The notes under the pieces were generated by a model. That model was given only the letters and a program-made list of their open reading frames with translations. It did no database searches and was not told the DNA's origin. A DNA stretch of 64,000 nt, from positions 361 through 64,360 of the forward strand of contig JAMOTN010000079.1 in NCBI GenBank assembly GCA_027062325.1, given 5' to 3'. This DNA comes from a bacterium (GTDB lineage: Bacteria > JAMOTN01). Shown here piece by piece: positions 29,933 to 39,889 of this stretch. A program made the translations under genes and the position numbers. Within the stretch, counting starts at the first letter, position 1; each line of letters begins with the position of its first letter.

Positions 29933-31043
29933 AAGAAGATGGAACATATTTAATATAAACACCATAAGTAGAACCTACCTTGTAAATCTCTTCTCCATCA
30001 CTACTTAAAACCTCTACTTCAACTGGAAATGTTGCATCTCTCAACAAATTAGCAATACCATCCAAATCTACCACTATTCCTCCAACACTGGCACTATTGG
30101 TCGCCTTCACAAATTGAACAAAATCAAATGAATAATCATTATCTATTATGTAAAGCTTCTGGTATGGTTTTAGAACTACTTTAAAAGCCCCATTACCATC
30201 TCTGGCTACAACTCCTTTTATATCCTTCAATAAAACCTTCTTACCTCCAAAATCAACTTTTAACATCAAGTCCAACAATCCCATACTTGAAAAATCCAAC
30301 TCCAAAGATCCAAACTCAGGAGTAGAAACTTCAATATCATAAGTAGCATACGTTACAACAGAAGATGGAGTATATAATTCAAAGGAACTAACTTCACTCA
30401 AGTAATCAATTCTGCCCAAAATCGAAACAAAATCTGTCAAGGCAATCATTCCAGCTTCAGCCGTAGTTATAACACCATTGGCTAAATCTATCATCTGCTT
30501 AGCTGCTACAGGTAAAGTAGCTCCTGTTATAAAAAAGTTCTCAGCTAACATTTGATTCATCTGGTAATGGTACATATCCTCCTTTAAATCATCCGGATTT
30601 TCGTCAAAATTACCAGTATACCAATTCAAAGCCCTATAAAGTCGCACCAACTTTTCTCTCTTTACAGCATCAATACTAGTAAAATCCATGATCCCAGCTA
30701 TACCATACAAAATGTAACTAAAAGGTGAAAGTATCAATCTTCCCATAGAAAGCTTCCCCTCAGTCTTCATATAAACTCCTTCTACAGTAGCTCCTACTTG
30801 AACCACAACGTCCTTCACATCCGGTGGAAAAGCAACCGCAACACTTCTCGCATAAGTTCTAAAAGTATCACTCAAATAAGGAGAACTTACATCCACATCC
30901 ACATCTTCAAGCTCATCCGTTATAACAGCAACTTCCAAAACTCCCCCTCCAACAACATCAGTGTTGAGGCATCCATTTAAAACAAGACTTACGATCAACA
31001 TCACACCAGCCCATAGAATTATTTTCCCACCACTTTCTCTCAT
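29928..31043 (-). CDS. Putative lipoprotein, unknown function
   Basis: Lipobox-like LVLNGC after a hydrophobic leader; 371 aa ORF with SD. Confidence 0.65.
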   Translation of the reverse strand: MRESGGKIILWAGVMLIVSLVLNGCLNTDVVGGGVLEVAVITDELEDVDVDVSSPYLSDTFRTYARSVAVAFPPDVKDVVVQVGATVEGVYMKTEGKLSMGRLILSPFSYILYGIAGIMDFTSIDAVKREKLVRLYRALNWYTGNFDENPDDLKEDMYHYQMNQMLAENFFITGATLPVAAKQMIDLANGVITTAEAGMIALTDFVSILGRIDYLSEVSSFELYTPSSVVTYATYDIEVSTPEFGSLELDFSSMGLLDLMLKVDFGGKKVLLKDIKGVVARDGNGAFKVVLKPYQKLYIIDNDYSFDFVQFVKATNSASVGGIVVDLDGIANLLRDATFPVEVEVLSSDGEEIYKVGSTYGVYIKYVPSSL

Positions 31044-31060
31044 ATCAGCCCCTCCAAACT

Positions 31061-32077
31061 CTAATCCTTCATTGAGACAATCTCTTCCCCAGATTTAACT
31101 CCCACAAAATTGGTCAGACTTTTAGAAGCAATTGGCCACACCTTACCCCGCCACCAAAATGTTGTGCTGCTCCCTCCATCTAAATTTACAGCCTTTTTCA
31201 AACCAATTTTTATTAGAAACTCCCTCAAATCTTTCAAACTCAATCCCGGATACTTCACAACTCCCAACACAAAATCTTTGCCACTCCTAGTCCCAATAAA
31301 AACTCGTGTCGTTCTCCTAGAATAAAATTTCTTATTAAACCCTTCTTTATACCAAGTAATAACAGGCAACAACATAGGACCTGCTACTACAAACCACTCT
31401 GCCCTATTCCAAGGCGTTGCAAGTTCCCACTCTAAATCAACTCTTATGGGCTTTTTGGCTAAAATTAAATCCTCCAACTCTTTTGGAAACGAAATTATGT
31501 ATTCTCCATCTTCTGGATAATAGCTATTTCTAATTACTGCCGCCACCTTCCCTTTCTTAACTAAAAGCCCACTTTCACCATGCCACATTCCCCACCTCTT
31601 ATCGTAGATTGCCAATCCATCTGACAAACAGTTATATCCATCAACAGAAAACTCCAAAACCTCTGCAGTACTAAATTTAAACTTTAGAATCATCCAACCA
31701 TCAAACGGAGCAACCTCAAAACTACCATCAACTATTCCAAAAGCAGTCCTTCCAAATACCTTCTCCACATCAGGCCAAACCAAAGGCTTTTTGTCCTTGA
31801 AAATTATCCCCATTATTCTCCATTTTTTGTCAAAAAATGTTCCATTTAGAATAAGGTCATACTTATCAGAAAGGTATTCAAACTCTCCCATACTATCTAC
31901 CGGAACCTCAGATACAAATCCATCTCCGACGATTGGCTCTATCCTATCCACACCAACCATTCCTTGCCAAACTTCAATGTTAACTCCTCGCCAGTTATAA
32001 GTTCTATGAGTTAATGAAAAAACCATGCAAGAATAAATAAGCTGTAAAATGAAAAAAAGACAAAAACCTCTCCTCAA
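31061..32077 (-). CDS. Phosphodiester glycosidase (NAGPA-like) family secreted protein
   Basis: LNGTFF, AGPML, RVFIG, AVNLDGGSST. Confidence 0.85.
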   Translation of the reverse strand: MRRGFCLFFILQLIYSCMVFSLTHRTYNWRGVNIEVWQGMVGVDRIEPIVGDGFVSEVPVDSMGEFEYLSDKYDLILNGTFFDKKWRIMGIIFKDKKPLVWPDVEKVFGRTAFGIVDGSFEVAPFDGWMILKFKFSTAEVLEFSVDGYNCLSDGLAIYDKRWGMWHGESGLLVKKGKVAAVIRNSYYPEDGEYIISFPKELEDLILAKKPIRVDLEWELATPWNRAEWFVVAGPMLLPVITWYKEGFNKKFYSRRTTRVFIGTRSGKDFVLGVVKYPGLSLKDLREFLIKIGLKKAVNLDGGSSTTFWWRGKVWPIASKSLTNFVGVKSGEEIVSMKD

Positions 32078-32221
32078 CCTACTCCCTCCTACACTTTCAC
32101 CTTCAAAAAACTAATCGGCAGGGCAAGGGAGCTTTCTCAATTGCTTACTGTACTGAATTAGAAAAAACAAATTCCGAAATATTTTTGTGTAAAAACTTTC
32201 ACTAAACAAGGAGGCAGCAAT

Positions 32222-32896
32222 ATGCACCACAAAATTGTCTTTAAAGCATCAACTCCAACAGCTCCAATTTTTTTCATATTCTTCATCATTTTATTTTCCT
32301 TTGTAGGGTGTGTTCAAAACGAAGGCACAGATTCTATTGCTTCTCCACTAATAATAGATGAATCAACTCAGGAAAAGGAAAGTTTGATTAACATTACAAA
32401 AAACGCTATTGCATCTCAAAATCTTGACCTTGCTTACAAAAAGGTCGAAGAACTACTTTCAAGATCCGATCTTACAACTAAAGAGGTGGAGACAGCTTAC
32501 GTTACCAAAAGCTGGCTGGAGCTTGAGAAGAACAATAACTGGGAAGAGGCAGAGAAAAATCTAAACGCTGCAACTGTGGTATCTAAATCTTTAAACGACA
32601 CATATCTTATGAAAGCAATAATCGATCTTCATAACTCACAACCTGCACAAGCCAAATTGGATATTCTTAGCATGAAAGACGAAAACGGAAACGCACCATC
32701 CTCTCACACTTTTGTGTATACTTCAGAACTTGGCCTCCCATACAATACAGGCGACGTACACTTAATTCTAGCTCAGGCATGCCTAGAACTCGGTGCTACC
32801 GAAGAAGCTTCTCAATATTTACAATGGGCAGCAGAAGAAGGAGCAAATCCTGATATTCTAAGATCTGTTCAAGATCTCTTCAACTACCTCTTTTAA
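32222..32896 (+). CDS. TPR-like lipoprotein
   Basis: AGGAGG SD; lipobox SFVGC; helical repeats (LAQACLELGATEEASQYL). Confidence 0.65.
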   Translation: MHHKIVFKASTPTAPIFFIFFIILFSFVGCVQNEGTDSIASPLIIDESTQEKESLINITKNAIASQNLDLAYKKVEELLSRSDLTTKEVETAYVTKSWLELEKNNNWEEAEKNLNAATVVSKSLNDTYLMKAIIDLHNSQPAQAKLDILSMKDENGNAPSSHTFVYTSELGLPYNTGDVHLILAQACLELGATEEASQYLQWAAEEGANPDILRSVQDLFNYLF

Positions 32897-34198
32897 TGTA
32901 TTATCTACAATTTTTTCCAATCTTTTTCCCTTTACAAATAAAACTTTTTTATCAAGATATCCCTTATCAACAAGTGAGGCAACCACTTCTGTGTACCAAT
33001 CCTTTTTGTTTAAAACATCTGCATCAAAACCTAAAGATATGAGATAACGTCTATAACGTTCAATCTTCTTCCAATTGGGTAGCGGAAAATTCGCTAAAAG
33101 CCTCTTAATCTCTTCAATCTTTTTTACTCCAAACTTGACAACTACAGGATTTATGGAAAACTCTATACCTTTCTTACCAATGAATGGTTTCAATTTTTCA
33201 AAAAATCCAGCTTCCCAATCCTCCTCCCAAAGAAGGTATATCTTTACAATTTTATCCATTCCTCGACACGCTCTTACAACTTCTAAAAGCTTAGCATCAG
33301 AAAAGTACTTACCAACTTCCTTCCTCTTAGCTTCCACAGTAGTTTCAACACCAAAAGTTACCGTCTGTTGATGCAGATACTTTAAAACCTCAGCTTTAAA
33401 ACTCCCCACAGTAAATGAACTAGCAGTCAAGTCAAAGTAAGTCTTTGCAAACTCAAGGTAATCTAAAACCCTAGGAACATCCGTCAAAGCTGTAGTAATA
33501 ATCCCCAACTTTTTGGCACCAATATCTTTAAACTTTCTCAACCTAAGCACTATTTCTTTAAAATTTTCAAACTCTACATAGGCAAATCTCCCAGCAGTCT
33601 CCGGCACTACACAAAACGGACATCTTCTTGGACAAGATTTAGATAACTCTAATAACACCGCATCTTTAAACACTGACCAACTCGAAAAGAATATAGAATA
33701 AAAAAATTCCACCTTATCACTTGACGATTTCACAATACCATACTTCCTAAAAATATCAGTGCCATACTCATCCAGTAGTGCCTCCACCCTTCCCAATAAA
33801 ACGCCATCGAACTCACTAGCCCACAAATTTGGAACTACTTCTACTCCCTTACCACCAGCCAAAATTTTGGCCTTTATATCACATCTTTTCACTATTTCTA
33901 CAAAATCTTTCTCCCATATACTACTTACTAAAACAAGCTCAAAATCCCCAAGAGGGCGCAAAGTTTCAACACTTCTTAACTCAGATAATTTAAAGTTAGA
34001 AAAGGGTGGAAAAAAAAACCTCTCTATACGAACACCGTAATCTGCAAACTTCTTGTAAACAGCCTGCCAAGATAGCGAACCTATAGCCTGTGGATATGGG
34101 TATGGAATTAAAAGAGCCACATCTCCCGCACGCTTTTTAAAAAATGAATATTCGCTTTTTCTGATCTTAAGAACATAATCTTCAATATCTCTTCTCAT
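32858..34198 (-). CDS. Radical SAM protein with degenerate B12-binding-like N-domain
   Basis: CPRRCPFC (CxxxCxxC); N-terminal YP.....SL....ERFF...ET.RPL.DF pattern. Confidence 0.85.
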   Translation of the reverse strand: MRRDIEDYVLKIRKSEYSFFKKRAGDVALLIPYPYPQAIGSLSWQAVYKKFADYGVRIERFFFPPFSNFKLSELRSVETLRPLGDFELVLVSSIWEKDFVEIVKRCDIKAKILAGGKGVEVVPNLWASEFDGVLLGRVEALLDEYGTDIFRKYGIVKSSSDKVEFFYSIFFSSWSVFKDAVLLELSKSCPRRCPFCVVPETAGRFAYVEFENFKEIVLRLRKFKDIGAKKLGIITTALTDVPRVLDYLEFAKTYFDLTASSFTVGSFKAEVLKYLHQQTVTFGVETTVEAKRKEVGKYFSDAKLLEVVRACRGMDKIVKIYLLWEEDWEAGFFEKLKPFIGKKGIEFSINPVVVKFGVKKIEEIKRLLANFPLPNWKKIERYRRYLISLGFDADVLNKKDWYTEVVASLVDKGYLDKKVLFVKGKRLEKIVDNTLKEVVEEILNRS

Positions 34199-34258
34199 TA
34201 AACTGCTGGTATCACCTTCCTATTTTATATTCTTTCAACCTCCCCCCAATTATGAACT

Positions 34259-35983
34259 TTATCTTCCCCTTTTAAAAAGCCTCTCAATCAACTTCTCATC
34301 CAACACTATGTAGGTTGGTCTTCCATGAATACATCTATCCTCATTCTCCACACTTAAAAGCTCTGCAAACAATTGAGCAGCCTCATCTGGAAACAACTTC
34401 TCCCCAGCTTTAATCGCTCTTTTACAAGCTGCCTGTTTCAACACCGCATCTTCATCAACCCGCTCAAACTCAACAACCTCCTTGAACCACTCCTCGGCTT
34501 CAGAAACCGAGAACTCTTGAAACCAAGCTGGAACTTCCCTCACCAAAACTCGCGTTTGCAAAACATCATACTCAAATCCTAGCTCTTTCAAAACCTTATC
34601 AGCTGAAAAATACTTGACAAAGTGTTTACCTTCCAACACTATCGGTTTCATCAATTTTACAACACCAATCGTCTGCTTTATTTTCTCGTACCTAATCCTC
34701 TCGTGTGCTGCATGCTGATCAACAATGTGAAGCTTCCCATCCTTCAAAAAGAGAAGATACGTTCCGTAAATTTGACCCAAGTAAGGGTATTTCACAGAAC
34801 CAAGTTTCTCTTTATCAACTCCAATAGAAGGAGCTGAAAAACCCTGACTAAATTCAGTCTCCCCTCCACTTGATTCATTATTTTCAAATTTATTAAACAA
34901 TCTTGAATCTTCAGAATCAAAAGCTTTACTTTCCAAACCAGTTGTATCAGACACATTGGCTTCAGCAAATTGATAGGCTTTCTTATTACTCACAATTTCC
35001 TTTAAACCAGATATAAAAATTTCCCTCAGTTTTAAAAAAACCTCTTCTTCACTCAAAAAGTTTATCTCCAGCTTTCTAGGATGTACATTTACATCTATCT
35101 CAAAAGCAGGAACTTTCAAATCTAAAATCCATGAGTAAAAACGTGCCCCAAATCCCACTCTGTTAGAAGCAGAATACAAAGCTTGATTAACCACACGTAC
35201 TCTATCACAGTATCTTCCATTTACTATTATCACTCCAGGAAAACTCTTATCCACCATAGCAGCGCGAACCCTATAATTTCCTCTTTCAACTTCAAAAAAC
35301 GCATAAGTCTTACTCTCTCCCACTACACTAACTACCCGCCTTTTCCAATCAGCTCTTTCAAAACGCTGCCACTTACTCCCTACCTCAAGCTCAAACTCGA
35401 TCCCTTCATTCGCAAGCATTATACTACTCAAAACTCTCCAAATTCTCGAAAACTCAACCACATCATCGCGTAAGTGTTTTCTTCTTACTGGCAAGTTGAA
35501 GAACAAATCCTCAACTCTAACCTTGGTCCCAGACTTTGGCAAACCTTGAAGCTTGAAATCAATAAGTCTTCCTCCAACAACCCGTGCAACCGCTCCAACC
35601 TCATCTTCTTGAGTTTTACTGGAAATCGTAACTTTAGCCACAGAGACTATGGAGTGCAAAGCTTCACCCCTAAAGCCGTAAGTTGCAAGGGAGAGCAAAT
35701 CAGACTCATTCTCTATCTTACTTGTTGTGAACGGCTGATAACACAGTTTCAACTCATCAGGCGTCATACCAACGCCGTCATCCTCAACTTCAATCAAATT
35801 CTTTCCCCCAGCCTTTAATCTAACAGATATACGCTTTGCAATAGCATCAAGTGAGTTCTCAACGAGCTCTTTTACCACATCAGCAGGACAAGTTATAACT
35901 TCTCCCGCCTTCAACTTAGCCCTAACAGAAGGAGGTAGGACCTTTATCCTAATTAAACCATTTGTTCCACTCATCCTATTCAA
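34259..35983 (-). CDS. mutL: DNA mismatch repair protein MutL
   Basis: VKELVENSLDA, GFRGEAL, DVNVHP, endonuclease motif DQHAAHER, ACK, CIHGRP. Confidence 0.97.
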   Translation of the reverse strand: MNRMSGTNGLIRIKVLPPSVRAKLKAGEVITCPADVVKELVENSLDAIAKRISVRLKAGGKNLIEVEDDGVGMTPDELKLCYQPFTTSKIENESDLLSLATYGFRGEALHSIVSVAKVTISSKTQEDEVGAVARVVGGRLIDFKLQGLPKSGTKVRVEDLFFNLPVRRKHLRDDVVEFSRIWRVLSSIMLANEGIEFELEVGSKWQRFERADWKRRVVSVVGESKTYAFFEVERGNYRVRAAMVDKSFPGVIIVNGRYCDRVRVVNQALYSASNRVGFGARFYSWILDLKVPAFEIDVNVHPRKLEINFLSEEEVFLKLREIFISGLKEIVSNKKAYQFAEANVSDTTGLESKAFDSEDSRLFNKFENNESSGGETEFSQGFSAPSIGVDKEKLGSVKYPYLGQIYGTYLLFLKDGKLHIVDQHAAHERIRYEKIKQTIGVVKLMKPIVLEGKHFVKYFSADKVLKELGFEYDVLQTRVLVREVPAWFQEFSVSEAEEWFKEVVEFERVDEDAVLKQAACKRAIKAGEKLFPDEAAQLFAELLSVENEDRCIHGRPTYIVLDEKLIERLFKRGR

Positions 35984-35994
35984 AACTCACCTCG

Positions 35995-37035
35995 TTACCT
36001 TAAAAACACACTGTGACTTGCCGCATCAGAAAAGTAATCCCCAAAATCCACCCACGGTCTTGAACCGAAAGTTAACGCATACTCCACAGCTGCAGCAACC
36101 ATGGCTCCGTTATCTGGACAAAACTTTCTAGGAGTAAAGGAAACCTTCAAACACCTTCTATTACCAAACTCTTCAAACCTTTTCCTTATGTAGGAACTTG
36201 CAGCAACTCCACCACCAATTACTACACACTCCACATTTTTCTTCTCAAGCCAGTATTCAACACGCGACAAAAGTTGCTCCGCCACAGAATCCATCAACAC
36301 ATGTAGCTCCTCACATCTCTTCTCATCAATATCCACATCACCAGTAGTGTCAGATAAAAATTTTTTCAAGTTGTATATTGCACGAGTTTTCCAGCCACTA
36401 AAAGAAAAGGATGAGTAATCAACTTTCGGTAATGGATAAGGTTTAACACTAAGCCCATTTTGCCATCTATTCATCACAATTTTATCAACCTCAGGCCCAG
36501 CCGGATATCCAAGTCCATACTCTCTCCCAACTTTATCTATCAACTCTCCAGCTGCATCATCTCTTGTCTTAGCCAATAGTTCAAAATCCCCAAGCTTATT
36601 CATATAATAAAGTTCAGTATGGCCACCAGAAACAACCAAAAAAAGAGCAGGATATGTAAAACTTTTAGTCCAAGTCCCTATCCAAGCATGTGCAAACAAG
36701 TGATCCACAATGTAAAATTTTTTATTGTAAACAGCAGCCATTGCTTTAACAAAATTGAGCCCAACAACTAAACTTCCAATTAATCCAGGAGAAGCAGTAA
36801 CTGCAAAATAATCCATATCTTTCTCGTCCATTCCCGCCTCTTTTAAAGCCTTTGCCCAGAGTTTTGGAAGAATTTCAAGGTGATAGCGGGAAGCAAATTC
36901 TGGCACAACTCCACCAAATATTTCATGAACTGCCTGAGTGTAGCGCACATTAGACAAAACTTGATGAGAAGAAACGTCTACCACAGCAACTGAAGTATCA
37001 TCGCAGCTCGTATCTACTCCAATCACTAAAACCAT
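35995..37035 (-). CDS. tsaD: tRNA N6-threonylcarbamoyltransferase
   Basis: DTSCDDT, GGVVPE, PGLIGSL, HLFAH, SGGH, DDAAGE, DNGAM. Confidence 0.95.
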   Translation of the reverse strand: MVLVIGVDTSCDDTSVAVVDVSSHQVLSNVRYTQAVHEIFGGVVPEFASRYHLEILPKLWAKALKEAGMDEKDMDYFAVTASPGLIGSLVVGLNFVKAMAAVYNKKFYIVDHLFAHAWIGTWTKSFTYPALFLVVSGGHTELYYMNKLGDFELLAKTRDDAAGELIDKVGREYGLGYPAGPEVDKIVMNRWQNGLSVKPYPLPKVDYSSFSFSGWKTRAIYNLKKFLSDTTGDVDIDEKRCEELHVLMDSVAEQLLSRVEYWLEKKNVECVVIGGGVAASSYIRKRFEEFGNRRCLKVSFTPRKFCPDNGAMVAAAVEYALTFGSRPWVDFGDYFSDAASHSVFLR

Positions 37036-37721
37036 TGCCTGTCCAACTCCTCATAACTCCCCATAAGTATTTTTTTTAATTTATTTGAAAAATGCCTTAT
37101 TCCGCCGTTAGCACATCTTTTAGTAGAATTGCAAACCTTTAAAAGTTCACTCTTTATTTTAAGCAAATCCCTTCTTTTAGACTCAAGCCTTTCATCCGTT
37201 GCAAGAACATCTATTATCAAAACTGCTCCCTCCACATCCCCATTCTTTAGTCTTTTTTCAAAACGTGCCACAGCATCAAAGAAACTATACTTATGGTTAA
37301 TTAGAAGAACCACATCCTTCATTTCATAAGCTATAGAGTCTAATCTTTCAACTTCACCATGCCAATTCCTAAGTCTTCTACCTATCTTCCCTATCCACTT
37401 AAAAAAAAGCTCTCTATTAGGCAAAGTAGTATCATTAGCTACCTCTTCTAGTAATTCCAACCACAATCTTTTAATTGTGAGAGCAGCACTTTTTTTTCCT
37501 TCAGTATCTACAAGGGGAATTGTAGCCAGCTGAGCATCTATTTGCGATAGTATTGCATTTACACGTGAAGGAAAAAGTTCTTCACCTAAAAGTTCCCTCA
37601 AATAAGAGGTGCAACCCACAACCTTGTTTGCCAATGATATAAAACAACATAGTAGCCCCAATATTATTAAATTCGGTAATTTAGCAAACCCAAAATTTGG
37701 AACATTTCTCACATCAGACAC
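37026..37721 (-). CDS. Hypothetical helical protein with N-terminal hydrophobic segment
   Basis: 231 aa ORF overlapping the tsaD start; same strand as neighbours. Confidence 0.5.
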   Translation of the reverse strand: MSDVRNVPNFGFAKLPNLIILGLLCCFISLANKVVGCTSYLRELLGEELFPSRVNAILSQIDAQLATIPLVDTEGKKSAALTIKRLWLELLEEVANDTTLPNRELFFKWIGKIGRRLRNWHGEVERLDSIAYEMKDVVLLINHKYSFFDAVARFEKRLKNGDVEGAVLIIDVLATDERLESKRRDLLKIKSELLKVCNSTKRCANGGIRHFSNKLKKILMGSYEELDRQWF

Positions 37722-37762
37722 CTCAAATTAAAAAATATTTCACTCGCCACTTCACCTCACTT

Positions 37763-38752
37763 TCACTTAATCACATTTCCACCCATCCATAAATTCAACT
37801 TATTACCACCTGGAAGATTTACAAATACTGTTGCATTAGGATTCATCCTTAAACTCTCCGCCAAACTCTGTTGCACCTCCAAAGCCTTCCACTTCAAAAT
37901 TTCTGGATTTTGACGCAGTGACTCAGCTATCAACCTATTTGCCTCTGCCACCCCCTGAGCTTTGAGAATTGCTTCCTGCTTATTTGCTTCTGCTTTTATG
38001 ATCTTCTCCTTCTTCACAGTTTCTGCCCGAATCAAAGCAACCTCCTGCTCTTTTTTGGCCTTTTCCTCAACATACTTCATCTTCTCAGCCTCTTGCTTGG
38101 CAAGTTGTACTTCCTTAATCTTGCGTTCAATCTCAGTAGGTAAAATGATATTTCTGAGCTGTACAGCCACAACTACTACTCCCTTTTCAGAAACACGCTC
38201 AATCTCTGAAAATATCTTTTTTTCAATCTTCACCGCAATTTCATTACGGGCAGTCGGCATCTTCTCTGCTGGGTATTGCCCTATAACATCACGCACTACC
38301 GCACGCACAACCGGATTTACAATTTTTTCCTCCCAATTCCACCCCCACTGCTGCAATATTTCACTTGCCATATCTGGAAGTATTTTGTATTGAACAGTAA
38401 GTTCCACCTGAATTGGAAGTCCTCTTTCATCCAACACTTGAATAACAGGCTTTCTAATTATGCCACTTTTATCCTCCAAACCATACGCTCTGTAATACGA
38501 ATTCATTCCACTATCCTTTACTCCCATCTTATACTCAATAGAGTGAACCTTTACATCAACCCTTCTTATCTCCTCCATGAATGGTATGCGGAAGTGTAAG
38601 CCCGGCGTTAACTCTTGATTAGAGTATTTACCAAGCCTCACCTTTATTCCTACCTCACCACTTTCTATAACTACAGCCGGATTCAAATAATAAAGTATCG
38701 CCCCAACTATCACAATTGCCCCTATCCAAGCTAGCGTTTTGGAACTAAACAT
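37763..38752 (-). CDS. SPFH/prohibitin (band 7) protein
   Basis: N-terminal TM, GEVG, PGLHFRIPF, AEA-rich coiled coil. Confidence 0.93.
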   Translation of the reverse strand: MFSSKTLAWIGAIVIVGAILYYLNPAVVIESGEVGIKVRLGKYSNQELTPGLHFRIPFMEEIRRVDVKVHSIEYKMGVKDSGMNSYYRAYGLEDKSGIIRKPVIQVLDERGLPIQVELTVQYKILPDMASEILQQWGWNWEEKIVNPVVRAVVRDVIGQYPAEKMPTARNEIAVKIEKKIFSEIERVSEKGVVVVAVQLRNIILPTEIERKIKEVQLAKQEAEKMKYVEEKAKKEQEVALIRAETVKKEKIIKAEANKQEAILKAQGVAEANRLIAESLRQNPEILKWKALEVQQSLAESLRMNPNATVFVNLPGGNKLNLWMGGNVIK

Positions 38753-38838
38753 TCCACTCCCCCCTTATTTTTCACTTGAAGACCATTTAAAACTTAATAA
38801 TAATTAATTAGCCAATTTTTTCTTAATTCTAAAACTTG

Positions 38839-39768
38839 CTAAATCCTTTCTACTCTTATCTGCGGATAAAGCTTCTCAACATCCTCAGCCCGACACAATC
38901 TTGTCCCTTCTGTCAGCACAGCAGCATTCCCACAAGCATTTGCCAACTTGAACGCTTCAAGATACGAAGCTCCTCTACTCCTTTCCCAAACGTACCCTGC
39001 CACAAAAGAATCCCCAGCCCCTACTGCACTCTTCACTGGTAATTTCAATGCAGGTGAGAAAAAGGCACCTTCGTCTGTTAGCATGAAGCTCCCTTTACTT
39101 CCCAAACTTATCAAAACCTCTTTCACCCCAAACTCTTCTCGCAAATGCTGGGCTGCAAGTTTGGCTTTAAAAGGAGTATCAGCTTCCCAACCAAAAGCCT
39201 CTTTTATTTCATGATGATTTGGTTTTATGACATCAGGAGAAGCTTTCAAACCCTCAACAAACGGCTGACCTGAAGAATCCAATAAAGTCCTAACATTTCT
39301 ACTCTTAGCAAGCTCTATAACTCTGCGGTAAAAATCCTTTTCAAAACCTTTGGGGAGACTACCTGAAACAACAAACCAGTCTCCCTTTCTCAATAATCCC
39401 GATAAAACTTCTAAAACTCTTTCTTGTCTATCATTGCAAACTTCAAACGGCAAAGAAAATCTGTATCTTTTCTCTGTATCTTCCTCTACAACAATTACAT
39501 TCATACGAGTCTCTTTACGCGTTCTAATTGTTGCAAAAACCACCCCTTCTTCATCAAGCATCTCCTCTATCTTTCTTCCAGTATCGCCCCCCAGCAGGGC
39601 TATTGCTACAGAAAAACCACCAATCTCTTTTATAGCACGTGACACATCTATTCCCTTACCAGCAGGCCAATCCTTAACTCGATGCGCTCTGATAGTATCA
39701 TCTTCCACCAACCTATTAACATAAAGGTACCTATCCAAACACGGGTTCAAGGTAAGAGTATAAATCAC
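38839..39768 (-). CDS. 1-phosphofructokinase/tagatose-6-P kinase (PfkB/FruK/LacC subfamily)
   Basis: IYTLTLNPCLD, AGKGIDVS, SGSLP, IKPN, VGAGDS; GTG 39768 with GGAGG SD. Confidence 0.92.
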   Translation of the reverse strand: MIYTLTLNPCLDRYLYVNRLVEDDTIRAHRVKDWPAGKGIDVSRAIKEIGGFSVAIALLGGDTGRKIEEMLDEEGVVFATIRTRKETRMNVIVVEEDTEKRYRFSLPFEVCNDRQERVLEVLSGLLRKGDWFVVSGSLPKGFEKDFYRRVIELAKSRNVRTLLDSSGQPFVEGLKASPDVIKPNHHEIKEAFGWEADTPFKAKLAAQHLREEFGVKEVLISLGSKGSFMLTDEGAFFSPALKLPVKSAVGAGDSFVAGYVWERSRGASYLEAFKLANACGNAAVLTEGTRLCRAEDVEKLYPQIRVERI

Positions 39769-39794
39769 ATCAATCAACCTCCACATTAAAAATT

Positions 39795-39822
39795 AGGGGC
39801 AGACGCCAAATCGTCCACCCCT
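39795..39822 (-). terminator. Hairpin between the aldolase and pfkB genes
   Basis: Minus-strand RNA AGGGGUGGACG-AUUUGG-CGUCUGCCCCU (tandem G-U) followed by AAUUUUU. Confidence 0.6.
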
Positions 39823-39889
39823 CGCTTATAAAATTCAACACAACATATCAGTCGACAACTAAATCAACCAAAAAACTTTATCCCTAAAA